NCBI RefSeq assembly: GCF_006345805.1
Contig: NC_043000.1
Location: 46,376,001 to 46,440,000, forward strand
Reading direction: 5' to 3'
From: Octopus sinensis
Taxonomy: Eukaryota
Length of the DNA stretch: 64,000 nt
Positions 1 to 10,900 of the stretch are shown here, piece by piece. Position numbers and translations under genes: made by a program. Each line of letters opens with the position of its first letter. Positions within the stretch are counted from its first letter, which is position 1. Below the pieces are notes generated by a model. It ran no database searches, had not been told where the DNA came from, and saw only the letters and a list, made by a program, of their open reading frames with translations.

Positions 1-42
1 AGTGCTATTGGATGCTCAGGAAAGGAAAGAAAGAAGTAGGAT

Positions 43-77
43 TGTAACGTTTCGAGCAGAGCTCTTCATCAGAAACA
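43..77 (-). ncRNA. Minimal type I hammerhead ribozyme motif in a Penelope-like terminal-repeat fragment
   Basis: Minus strand reads tgttt-CTGATGA-a-GAGC-tct-GCTC-GAAA-CGTT-aca: both conserved core boxes, a 4-bp stem II and a short palindromic (ACGT) stem III. A homologous copy with the same flanks is at 50437-50472. Confidence 0.65.
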
Positions 78-134
78 TAGAAAAAGGAAAGATCCAAGGA
101 AGGGAAGACGGAGAAAGAAAATCGCCAACGATAC

Positions 135-543
135 AGGAGTAGCTGTGTGGTAAGTAGCTTGCTTACCAACCACATGGTTCCGGGTTCATCCCCACAATGT
201 GGCACCTTGGGCAAGTGTCTTCTACTATAGCCTCGGGCCGACCAAAGCCTTGTGAGTGGATTTGGTAGATGGAAACTGAAAGAAGCCTGTCGTATATATG
301 TATATATATGCGTGTGTGTGTTTGTGTGTCTGTGTTTGTCCCCCTAGCATTGCTTGACAACCAATGCTGGTGTGTTTATGTCCCCGTTACTTTGCGGTTC
401 GGCAAAAGAGACCGATAGAAAAAGTACTGGGCTTACAAAAGAATAAGTCCTGGGGTTGAGTTGCTCGATTAAAGGTGGTGCTCCAGCATGGCCGCAGTCA
501 AATGACTGAAACAAATAAAAGAGTAAAAGAGTAAAAGAGTAAA
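135..543 (+). mobile_element. tRNA-derived composite SINE (family A, CORE-like), full length
   Basis: Head with A/B-box-like motifs (tAGCTGTGTGGT, GGTTCATCCC), a MIR-CORE-like ggcaccttgggcaagtgtc, a central (TA)/(TG) microsatellite and a (GAGTAAAA)n tail. Many near-identical copies in the window. Confidence 0.85.
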
Positions 544-591
544 TGAGCAATAATAAATCTCTGAATGAGGTATAAACAGTAGCTCCACGAC

Positions 592-773
592 AATGTGAAG
601 TATATCTGCCACTTAAATGTGGCTAACCACTAAGGGTGGATGCTACTGTAGCTTGTAGCCCCAAGAAGTGTGTCAATAGCCAGCTGGAAAAGATGTTCTC
701 CTAGGACTACAAGCTACAGTAGCATCCACCCTTAGTGGTTAACTACATTTAAGTGGCAAATATACTTCACATT
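592..773. mobile_element. MITE-like foldback element
   Basis: About 68-bp near-perfect inverted arms (592-659 / 705-773: aatgtgaagtata...gcttgtag / ctacaagc...tatacttcacatt) around a ~45-bp spacer; no ORF. Confidence 0.6.
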
Positions 774-1404
774 TAAATAAATGTTATTCTTTAAATTGGC
801 ATATTCCATTATTCCAAATTGTCTTTTCTACTTTCTTTAGATATTATTCCAAGTTGTGTTGTATTTAAAAAATGAAGGATGATTATCCATTTATTGTAAA
901 GTATTTGGAAATTACTGGTGGAAGTTATGATGCAATCAAAATTATTAAATAATCAGTTTCTATTTAAGGATATTCATTGTAGAAATATTGACAATCTTGA
1001 TAATAAAATATTGGTCTCACTCATCATAGTTTCTATAATTAATTGTCACATATCACAACGGATCAATTAAACTATAATTTGATCTCCAGTATCCATCAGA
1101 GAATTTTGTTTCACAGTTTTAAAAATGTCAGTTGTCAGGAGAAAGGTCGGGGTGGCACATTTTAGTCTACTGTATAAGCCTGTATAGGGCCTAGTGGGTA
1201 TGGTGGAGAATTGTAGCAAGCTCAAAGCCTGCCCCAGACAGCCAACACTGAAGATTATAATCAGGTTTCTCAGAAAATTATATTGAGCTTTTTATGTAAC
1301 TACCTTCATATCCATCTTACTGTTTAAAGCAGACATTAAGAAGAAGAAGAAGAATTGTTTCCTGCTGTCAATGAAATAAATTGCAGTGACTACATTAATA
1401 TCAG

Positions 1405-1650
1405 TCTCTTTTATTTTTTTACTTGTTTTAGTCATTAGACTGTGGCCATGCTGGGGCACCACCTTGACGAACTTTTAGTTGAATGAATTGACCCTAGTAC
1501 TTCTTTTTTTTTTGTCTGGTACTTGTTCTATCAATCTCTTTTGCCAAAACACTAAGTTACAGGAACATAAACACATCTCACCAGTTGTCAAGCAGTGGTA
1601 GGGCAACAAACACATATACAAAGACACACACACACATAGATACATATGTT

Positions 1651-1660
<10 letters not shown>
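1405..1660 (-). mobile_element. SINE family A, 3' half, diverged
   Basis: Matches the tail module ttttacttgttt-agtcatt-gactgtggccatgctgg of the full copies. Confidence 0.7.
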
Positions 1661-1695
<35 letters not shown>

Positions 1696-1699
<4 letters not shown>

Positions 1700-1920
1700 C
1701 GAGCTGGCAGAATCGTCAGCACGCCGGGCGAAATGCGTAGCCGTATTTCATCTGCCATTACGCTCTGAGTTCAAATTCCGCCGAGGTCGACTTTGCCTTT
1801 CATCCTCTCGGGGTCGATAAATAAAGTACCAGCTTCGCACTGGGGTCGATGTAATCGACTTAATCCCTTTGTCTGCCCTTGTTTGTCCCCTCTATGTTTA
1901 GCCCCTTGAGGGCAGTAAAG

Positions 1921-1925
<5 letters not shown>
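1696..1925 (+). mobile_element. tRNA-derived SINE family B (MetaSINE-like), young CpG-rich copy
   Basis: Head ggcgagctggcagaatcg...gagttcaaattcc (B box), central gtcgactttgcctttcatcctctcggggtcgataaataaagtaccag and tail tagccccttgagggcagtaaagaaata, inserted in (TA)n. The Meta-domain assignment is from recalled similarity, not a search. Confidence 0.85.
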
Positions 1926-1962
<37 letters not shown>

Positions 1963-1963
1963 G

Positions 1964-3193
1964 TATTAGGTTGTTTCACATAAAAGGCCATATTTCAAAG
2001 GTAACAATAAAATGTTTCAGAAGTGTTAGAGAACTGATTTATTTAATCAAAGTATGATCCATGTTCATTTATGACGTTTACCCAACGTTCCTCTATGTCA
2101 TATATTCCATCTTTAAAAAAATATTCATCTTTTGCTCTGATAAACTGTCCGAATACTTCAGTTACTTCTTCTCTATCTTAAGAATGTTGTATTGCTTATG
2201 AAAAGCTCAAAATGCTTAATTAAGTGACGATCAATAGGAGAGATATCAGGGAGGATGTTGCAAAATCTCATAATTCAGGCTTTGCAACTTTTGGACTGTA
2301 GCTTGAGGAGTGTGAGGATGTGCATTGTCATGAAGCAAAATTGGGCCATCTTTATTGACTAGTCTGGGTTGCTTTTTTTTCAAATTCTCATGCATACAAT
2401 CAATTTCCTGGCAATATGATGTTGCTGTTACCGTTTTCCCTTGTTGCAAAAATGAATAATGAATAACTCCCGTCGCAGTCCACCATACAGTGACCACTAA
2501 CTTTTTAAGGTGCAATGGTGGGTTTGGGTTGCATTTAGGTGACTCTCCTGCTTCTAATCACTGTCCTGTTCTCTTGCTATTGTCAAAGAGTATCCATTTC
2601 TCATCACAAGTAATGATTTGATGCAACAATGTTCCTTTTCCAATCAAGGAAGCAATAAGGAGCACACTTCGAGGTGTCTGTTTTTTTTTAATCTCGTTCA
2701 GTTAATGTGGAATAAACCTAGCTGTTTTCTTGACTTTTCCAAAAACAGTTGTGCAAGGTGTTTGGAGTTCTGATGAAAGTTTTCAAACATTTGTTCTCGG
2801 ATTTTGTTCAACCAAAGTATTTAATCCATCATGCTGAATAACTGATTTTGGCCTACCCCTTGGTTCATTTTCAAGGCTATCATCTCCTGGACGAGAGCTT
2901 TGGAACCATCTCTGAACAGTTCTGATGTCAACAAAACCATTACCAAAGGCTCACAAGATATTCATAGAGCTTCTGCAGCAGAGTAACACAGTTTGTATTC
3001 ATACAAAAAATCACTCAAACATAGTTTGGTTGTTATCATCTTTATAAGGTCTGAGGGTACGAATTTTGTATACCCATATTGTTAGGAAAGAAAAAGAGTC
3101 AAGATTAAATGCAAGGTGCACATAATTGAGATATTTAATTACTGAAATAGCAAGTAATTAAAAATGCAACATTTCAGGTGAAACAACCTAATA
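1964..3193 (-). mobile_element. Mariner (DD34D) DNA transposon with a decayed transposase
   Basis: TIRs TATTAGGTTGTTTCAC... and ...GTGAAACAACCTAATA with TA ends. ORF 2246-2515 encodes HLKKLVVTVWW..GVIHYSFLQQGKTVTA..YCQEID..ILLHDNAHPH..LQHPP, typical mariner catalytic motifs; frameshifted. Confidence 0.9.
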
Positions 3194-3837
3194 CATATAT
3201 TTGCCATGCAGTGGAACTGAACCCAGAGCTATGAGGTTGGGAAGCAAGCTTCTTACCACACAGCCACACCTCTGCCTATATGTTAAATAAGTTGAAATTT
3301 ATTTATTAAAAAACAAGGTACAAACAATTCCTCCCCACTTCCCATCATCATCTTTGTCACTGTCCTCATTGCCCTTATATCTCCGCCACTCTCACCAACA
3401 ACACCACTACAACCAGCACTACAACATCATCATCATTGTTGTTATCATCATTACCATTGGCATCATCATCATCATCATCATGATCGTCGTCGTCGTCGTC
3501 GTCACCATTATCACTATTGTTTTTTCAAGCTAGTATAATAGGGTGAGGAGAATTTATGTAACAGTGTGAACTGCATTCTCATGTTGTCATATCATTTATG
3601 CATTATTTCTTTTAGTAAGTGTTGTTGAGATGTGTTAAGCACAACATTTCAAATCATAATACGTACGAGCAATTAATGCAAATGAAATTATCACGTTTGA
3701 ACATTTGAACGGTGAAACCAAAAGTGTTTCTGTGATTAGCAAATTTCTTAAAAAGAATTAGAAATTCCACACTATGAGAAACCTTTGTCACATAAAAACA
3801 ACCTTGGATTGCTCTTATATTGTTATATGAAGTAATC

Positions 3838-4258
3838 TCTCTTTTCTCTCTTTTACTCTCTTTTACTTGTTTCAGTCATTTGACTGCGGCCATGCTGGAG
3901 CACCGCCTTTAGTCGAGCAACTCGACCCCGAGACTTATTCTTTGTAAGCCCAGTACTTATTCTATCGGTCTCTTTGCAGAACCGCTAAGTGACGGGGATA
4001 TAAATACACCAGCATCGGTTGTCAAGCAATGCTAGGGGGACAAACACAGACACACAAACACACACACACATATATATATATACATACATATATACGACAG
4101 GCTTCTTTCAGTTTCCGCCTACCAAATCCACTCACAAGGCATTGGTCGGCCTGGGGCTATAGCAGAAGACACTTGCCCAAGATGCCACGCAGTGGGACTG
4201 AACCCAGAACCATGTGGTTGGTTAGCAAGCTACTTACCACACAGCCACTCCTGCGCCT
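3838..4258 (-). mobile_element. SINE family A, full length
   Basis: Reverse complement of the 135-543 family, from the tail (tactctctttt) to the head (cactcctgcgcct). Confidence 0.85.
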
Positions 4259-4818
4259 ATCTGTTCAATTATTTCATGAATTATGTCCTAAATAAATACT
4301 GGGAAGGATTCAGCACAGCGAATCCACTCCAGTAATTGAATGGCACCTACTTTTGTGACCCCAAGGGACATAGTTCATCCCACCAAAAAAACAATATTAA
4401 AATTAAAAGAGGCAATGAAGATACAACAAAATAATGTGGCATGTTTTTTTTTTCTACAGACTACTGTCCTAAATAATTTAGTTAAAAAGCCAAATTAAGC
4501 TTGCAGTGCAGATTTAATCTCTGGTGCAGATATTTCTAATTCCTTTCAATGCAATTTCCTGCTAAAAGTTTACTAAAAAAAAGTATGTCCTGTTATGGTT
4601 GTTTGCTCTTTAGTCCAGTAGACAGTTTGCAATGGTGAAGCCTTTGGCTACAGCCCAATGACTAATTTCTCTTTATCTTTATGAATGTTTTCATTTTATT
4701 TCATTAACTTGTTTGGTTGATGAGGACTGAAAGAAACTTGTCACACACAGACACACACACAGATTCCCAGATATGTATATATATATATGTATGTGTGTGT
4801 GTGTGTGTGTGTGCGTGT

Positions 4819-5124
4819 GGAGGTGTAATGGCCCAGTGGTTAGGGCAGTGGACTCGCGGTCGTAGGATCGCAGTTTCGATTCCCAGACCGGGCGTTGTGA
4901 GTGTTTATTGAGCAAAAACACCTAAAGTTTCACGAGGCTTCTGCAGGGGGTGGTGGCGATCCCTGCTGTACTCTTTCGCCACAACTTTATCTCACTCTTT
5001 CTTCTGTTGGCCTGCTCGCTTAGCCAGTGGGGTGGCATCATTTGAAGGCTAAAACAATGTGAAACGCATTGTGACCAGCGATGTGTAGCAACATCTGATA
5101 ACCTGGTCGGTCATGGCGATCATG

Positions 5125-5130
<6 letters not shown>
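4819..5130 (+). mobile_element. tRNA(Arg)-like SINE family C, tail type 1
   Basis: Head ggtgtaatggcccagtggttagggcagtggactcgcggtc...gtttcgattccc (A/B boxes, TCG anticodon-like loop). Head and body are shared with 12823, 44040 and 63843. Confidence 0.8.
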
Positions 5131-5156
<26 letters not shown>

Positions 5157-5157
<1 letters not shown>

Positions 5158-6012
5158 CATGTGATGGGTAAATTATCACCATTTGATAATTCAATTTCGT
5201 GCATGCACATTGTTTATTTTTGACTTTTTTTTACTACTACACAGTATTGTAGGATCAGCTGGGCACCATATGGGGAAAAAAAAAAAACCATGATACAATT
5301 CACTCTGCCAGAAATTTGGAAATGACATGCTGTACTGCTTAGTATTCATACCAGAAGCTCCAATACAAACATTTAAAAATGTTTGGATGTCAATCTGAGG
5401 ACAGTGCAGAGGATTCAGATACATAAAAATCAAACATCCAGTCAATATCATGGTATTTGGAGTGATCGCTAGTTATGTCAACGTTATGCCTCCATTCAAC
5501 ACAAAGGCCTACATGAAGTGCCTGGAGAAGGTAGTGCTGCCCTGGGGGAAGAGGGTAGCTGCTAGAAGACCTTCTGTCTGGCAACAGGACTGTGCACCAT
5601 GCCACACAAGCAAGAGAAACCAGTCATGGCTGTCAGACAGTTTCTGCGACCTCATCACCCCTAATATCTGGCCACCTAACTCCCCAGACTGCAACCCCTT
5701 TGATTATTATGTGTGGGGCACAGTTGAACGAGAGACCAATAAAACTCATTGCAAAACCAAAGATGAACTGAAGACAAGAATCATGGCAACATTGCCCAAC
5801 ATAAACAAGGAAACTGTCCAGAAGAGTTGTAGGAGATTTCAAAGTCGTTTGGAGTCCATGGTTGAAGCCACTGGTGATTTTATTGAATAAGTTTCCTATT
5901 TAGTATTTCGAGATATTTTAATGTAATTTTGTTAAATATATCTGTTAAAATGAGATGTCAGTATTATTTTCATTTTTGTGTAATTTAGACAACAGTTTAT
6001 TCACCACACTGT
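5157..6012 (+). mobile_element. Tc1/mariner superfamily DD37D (maT-type) transposon remnant; C-terminal transposase ORF 5450-5890
   Basis: ORF has VWQQDCAPCHTS...WPPNSPDCNPFDYYVWG, with 37 residues between the QQD and PFD aspartates. Flanked by (TA)n; the right end tttattcaccacactg-TA resembles a TIR; the N-terminus is deleted. Confidence 0.85.
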
Positions 6013-7265
6013 ATATATATATATATATATATATGTATGTACATACACAAGCACTTGTACATATATATACATAAAATCATATATATTTATATGTATATAT
6101 GTATGCATGTGTTTGTTTCCAAATGTATGTGTGTTTGTGTGACTGTGTGCATGTCTGTATTTGTATACATTTGCACTCATCTGAAAGTCAGTGACCTTCC
6201 AGTAACAATGTTATCATTTACCATTTACAAATTGTCTATTTTCTTTGTACCTTTTTAAAACAAATGATTACATACCTGAAAAACAGGTAAAGGATAATGA
6301 TAGGAACAGCACCAAGCTATAGAACAATATTTCAATAATAAATTGGGGAAACCCATGCTTGCATTGAAACACAAGTAAAAACAAACAAATGAATGTTTAT
6401 TGTAATTTAAATAACCTGTTATCAATTTACTGCAAATTATTGTAAGCACTTGTATTTTTACACACTTCAACATTCAATGAAAACCTTATATTTTTATTTA
6501 CAGTTAACTGGAGTTGAACTGTAGCATCACCGTCTAACATGATGTTTAGATTTACCTTATTGATATTCAGCATGCTCTAAAATTCACTCTGCTTCACTGA
6601 AAAGGATCGTACAGAAATTACAGGATATTAGAAATTGTATACAAAGCTTTTTGATTAGTTAACTGTTGTCAGTGTTCCTTATCCTGCCTTGCCCCCACAC
6701 CATATAAATGGGAATTCTATTGACTGAAATTGTCAAGGAATCACCAATCTCTTTACAGAGAAACCTATTTCACCTCTGACAGATGCATTTCTGCAAAATT
6801 GAAATCCTAACACTCCTAGTAATATACAAGACCAATAAATCAAATTGCTGACACACAGTAGAAACGAATTCATTTCTTAAAGCATAGCTAGCAAGTAAAT
6901 GACAGGCCATTCAAAGCTTCTTTCCTCAGCCATACTTTTTAACTAAAATTCAAAACTACCACCATTTCCGACCAATCAGTCAATTTCCAAAATGCTTCAT
7001 GACACCAATGTAAAACTCAGCAGAAGAATTAATGAAATATATTAATTCTATCTCTATATAAATTTCGTTTATAGCATCTTTTATCTTTTACTAGTTTCAG
7101 TCAATAGACTGGAGCCATGCTGGGACATTGCCTTGAAGAATTTTAGTCAGATTTATTTCTTTTATTAAGCTTCGGGCACATTCTATCAGTCTCTTTTGCT
7201 GAACTGCTAAGTTACAGAAACATAAAGTCATGAACACCAGTTGTCAGTGGTTGGGGGATGCAAAA

Positions 7266-7569
7266 ACACATACACATAGATATTAGATATATGCTTGCTT
7301 ATATGTCATCATCATCATTGTTTAATGCCCGCTTTCCATGCTAGCATGGGTTGGACGATTTGACTGAGGACTGGTGAACCAGATGGCTGCACCAGACTCC
7401 AATCTGATCTGGCAGAGTTTCTACAGATCAGATTGAGGTCTGGTGCAGCCATCTGGTTTGCCAGACCTCAGTCAAATTGCTCAACCCATGCTACCATGGA
7501 AAGCGGATGTTAAACGATGATGATGATGACATGTAAGCAAGCATATATCTAATTTCTATGTGTATGTGT
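7266..7569. repeat. Fold-back inverted duplication of an RTE 3' tail plus its flank
   Basis: Arms ~7266-7411 and 7424-7569 around a 12-nt loop. The symmetry extends beyond the (GAT)n tail into flanking sequence (tagatatatgcttgctta / taagcaagcatatatcta). Confidence 0.85.
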
Positions 7570-7655
7570 ATATATATATATGTACCAGAGTAAGCACATA
7601 AATGTGAAACAAGGTGGAAAAAAGAGTACTCAAATACCAGAGGTAGAGTAATATG

Positions 7656-7780
7656 CTTTATTTAAAAGCAGCAGAAATATAACAAAAGAGTTTCACTTCC
7701 CGTTCGTCAGACACCGACGAACGGGAACATGAAACTCTGAGTAACAGCTTATGTTATATTTCTGCTGCTTTTAAATAAAG
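7656..7780. mobile_element. Palindromic Penelope-like mini-element with a hammerhead core on each strand
   Basis: Outer arms ctttatttaaaagcagcagaaatataac / gttatatttctgctgcttttaaataaag. Plus strand has CCGACGA-acgggaacat-GAAA-ctctgag-TA; minus strand has CTGACGA-acgggaagt-GAAA-ctc. (TA)n flanks. Confidence 0.6.
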
Positions 7781-7802
7781 TATATATATATATATATCTA
7801 TA

Positions 7803-7986
7803 CAATAATATGTTACATTACTCGGTAGTCAAGATAAAACTCTGAGTTTCAGATGCCGAAGTGGAAATCCACAACACCATCTCTTCGGTTATCTGGCTAT
7901 TTGAAGAGATGGTGTTGTGGATTTCCACTTCGGCATCTGAAACTCAGAGTTTTATCTTGACTACCGAGTAATGTAACATATTATTG
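7803..7986. repeat. Perfect 84-bp inverted repeat with a 16-nt spacer
   Basis: 7803-7886 is the exact reverse complement of 7903-7986 (checked base by base); spacer ggttatctggctattt. Confidence 0.95.
7832..7894 (-). ncRNA. Type I hammerhead ribozyme-like motif (CCGAAGA core)
   Basis: AGATAA-CCGAAGA-GATG-(22 nt)-CATC-T-GAAA-CTCAGAG-TT-TTATCT: 6-bp stem I, stem II, and an ACTC/GAGT stem III with a 1-nt loop. Confidence 0.5.
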
Positions 7987-10900
7987 GATAGATAAATTTC
8001 CTCTATTTACATAATATTGAGGTCTCTTTCTTTCTTTTGTTATCTTACCATTTTATCAATAGGTATATATATAGATATAGATGTTATATATAGATATATA
8101 TAATGGGCTTCTTTTAGCTTCCACCAACCAAATCCACTCACAAGACTTTGGTCAGCCTGAAAGCTATAGTAGATGACACTTGTCCATTGTAGCACATTGT
8201 GTGAAGCAAACTTCTTAACACACAGCCATGCCTATGCTTATGGCACAAAAGGTATTAAACTCGCAAAAAACTTTGAAGGATTTAGAAAATAATGTATGTT
8301 TTACTAAATTAATTTTCAAGTATTTACTACAAAAATCTCAAACCTACATGAAATATTCTATTAAGAGACATCTTATTACTATCACATCTAATGCATACTT
8401 GCATTTTTAAAGCAGTAAGGCGTGTGATTTGATGAAGATTTGGCTGCTATTTTTAGCCATTACAGCAACAACATCGTGGCTAGCTGCATATAAATATAAA
8501 CGGCAAAGCAAGAAAGCTCCTAATGTATTCAAACATTTTCCTATAAAGTTAAGACATATAATCTTATATCAGTAAGTATATTTACTTGGTAAAGGAAAAC
8601 GGTTGAAACCTCTTACATACAATATGTTCTTCATATTTTGGCATGTTTAAGATATCACTGACTTTTAAATAAATGTCTAGAGCAGAATTATAAAATATCA
8701 TTGGTAGTAATTTGACAGAAGCCAAACTTTTCCAGTGGGACATCTGTATGAATAATAGCTGAAGTCAATATTACTCATATGCAAGACCGCAATCTGGCAG
8801 AATTATTAGCATGCCAAGTAAAATGTGTAGCTACATTCATTCATCTTTAGGTTCTGAGTTCAAATTCTACCAAGGTCAACTTTTCCTTTCAGCCTTTCAG
8901 GGTTGATAAAATAAGTGCCAATTGAAAAGTAGGGTTGATATTATTGACCACACCCTCCTCCATAACTGCTGGTCTTGTGCCAAAATTTGAAACCAATATT
9001 ACTTATTTGCAGCAAAATACTGTTATGGGTTGGCAGAATCATTAGGGGTATTTTACAAAATATCTTGCAGTATTTAGTTATGACGCATTAGGCCAAATCA
9101 GGCCAAGGTTCACTTTATCTTTCAGCTCACAAGTGTTGAAAACTATCAAATGAAAGCAACCATATTGTAGTCTTCTACCACCATTGAATCTGAGTTCATT
9201 ACCACCATCTTCAGCACTTTCTTTACTTGCATAAATTAGATGGGTTACCAAGTTTTGAGTCAAACTGGCCACTCACCTAGATGATTTGATGGAGCACAGC
9301 TCGTTCATATATTTCAAAATTATAGAGATATCTGTGTAATATCTGAAGGTATATCTGAGGAAAAATTTCTGTGGGAATGCTTTAAACAAAGAATATATAC
9401 AGATCATACAACTTTTGGATATTTTTATAAATTAGAACAACATGCAAAAAAAAGTATGTAACAGTTTATATTTTTAAAACTGTGAAACTGATTTTGGTTG
9501 TCATGCTGCATGGTTGATTCTTGATTGTCTTTTCTCAAGTTCAATGTATTCCAAGCATCCATACTAGACCCATAGCTCTCTCCTTCACCTACATTTAGTT
9601 GCATACATTAGCATTCAAATGTATTAATCAATCTGAGAGGAAAGAAGTACAAGGATCATGAGTACTGCCCTTCTCACCTAATTAGCGTTTTTTTTAAACA
9701 GGAGCAAAACAGTAACATAGTATGAGAAGTAAAATCATAAAATTGTATGAAAATCTATGCAAATTAGAAAAATGAGTGAAGATTTATTTTGAAAATCATT
9801 GTTGATGCTAGCATATTGACCAAGCTGGTTAAATTGCTTTGACTCATTTCAAATAAAGCTAAGACTGAAACAGCATGAATGAACTGTTCATCTATGTTTA
9901 GTTCTAGCTTTCTTATTGTTAACAATATCTGAACATATCATAACTATTAAAAATCTAAGGCTGTTTTTTATTTCCTAATTACTATTTTTCATGGTTATAT
10001 AGTTTATAAAGAACACAAGCTTGAAATGATACATGAATTTTAGCAGTCCATTCTTGAACCAGCACTTGCCAGTAACCCAAATTGATTTTGTGTTAATAAA
10101 ACACAAGTTGATTTACTTGAGACATTTTCTATTTTTCTTCTAGAAAAAGTGCATCTTAAAATATTTCTCAAAAAAATTTCAATAAATTGATATTAACTCT
10201 ATTTGATCCATTAATTTCATTCTTCAGTTCTCTTCTTTTGTCATACACTGGCTTCAATCGAATTTTTTGTTATTTTGATTATATAATTTATATTACAGAG
10301 CCCTGCGTCATTGTCATTTAGCACACAGGTCAGCCATCCCTAATGATGAAATCCTATTACCAAAGTCTTGTCAACCATCACCATTCTATCTTTAGGTATT
10401 ATTTAAGATGAAATTAGCCATTTTTTTTTAAAGATAACAGTCTTAATCAGTCTTCTCTTATAATTCAATTTCAATCAAGGATATTTCATTTTACTATTAA
10501 ATCAACGTCTGTACTTGACTGGTACTTCACTTTATTGAGCCTTGAAAAAGTGAGGCAAAGTTCACCAAAGCAAGATTTGAACAGATAGTCTAAAAGCTTG
10601 TAACTAAATATTACAGGTAATTTGTTTGATGCTCTCATGATTCTGCCAATTCACAGTAGAGTGTAATCTTAAAATGTTATTTTGAGATCAAACAAGTGCA
10701 GTCATTCCATGATTGACTCAATTAGAGCCTTATGTTCATAAAATGGTACTTAAATGAATGTTTAACTTCAGTCACTTAGAATATGCAATTAATGACATGT
10801 AACACTGCAATAACATTATATTAGTTGCAAAGGCTTTCCTGTCAAGCTTCCAAGGTGTAATCTGATTTCCTTTTGCAGCAATTTTTAGCATTTAATTTAA

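Noticed and set aside
163-550. Recurring ORFs such as MLGGQTQTHKHTH.. and MSSNARGTNTDTQ.. (also at 4029, 11622, 21340, 29726, 30576 and 47502)
   Set aside because: Chance translations of SINE family A, not genes.
4819-4895. tRNA-like heads of the SINEs as tRNA genes
   Set aside because: The acceptor stem is not formed and the heads continue into repeat bodies present in multiple copies.
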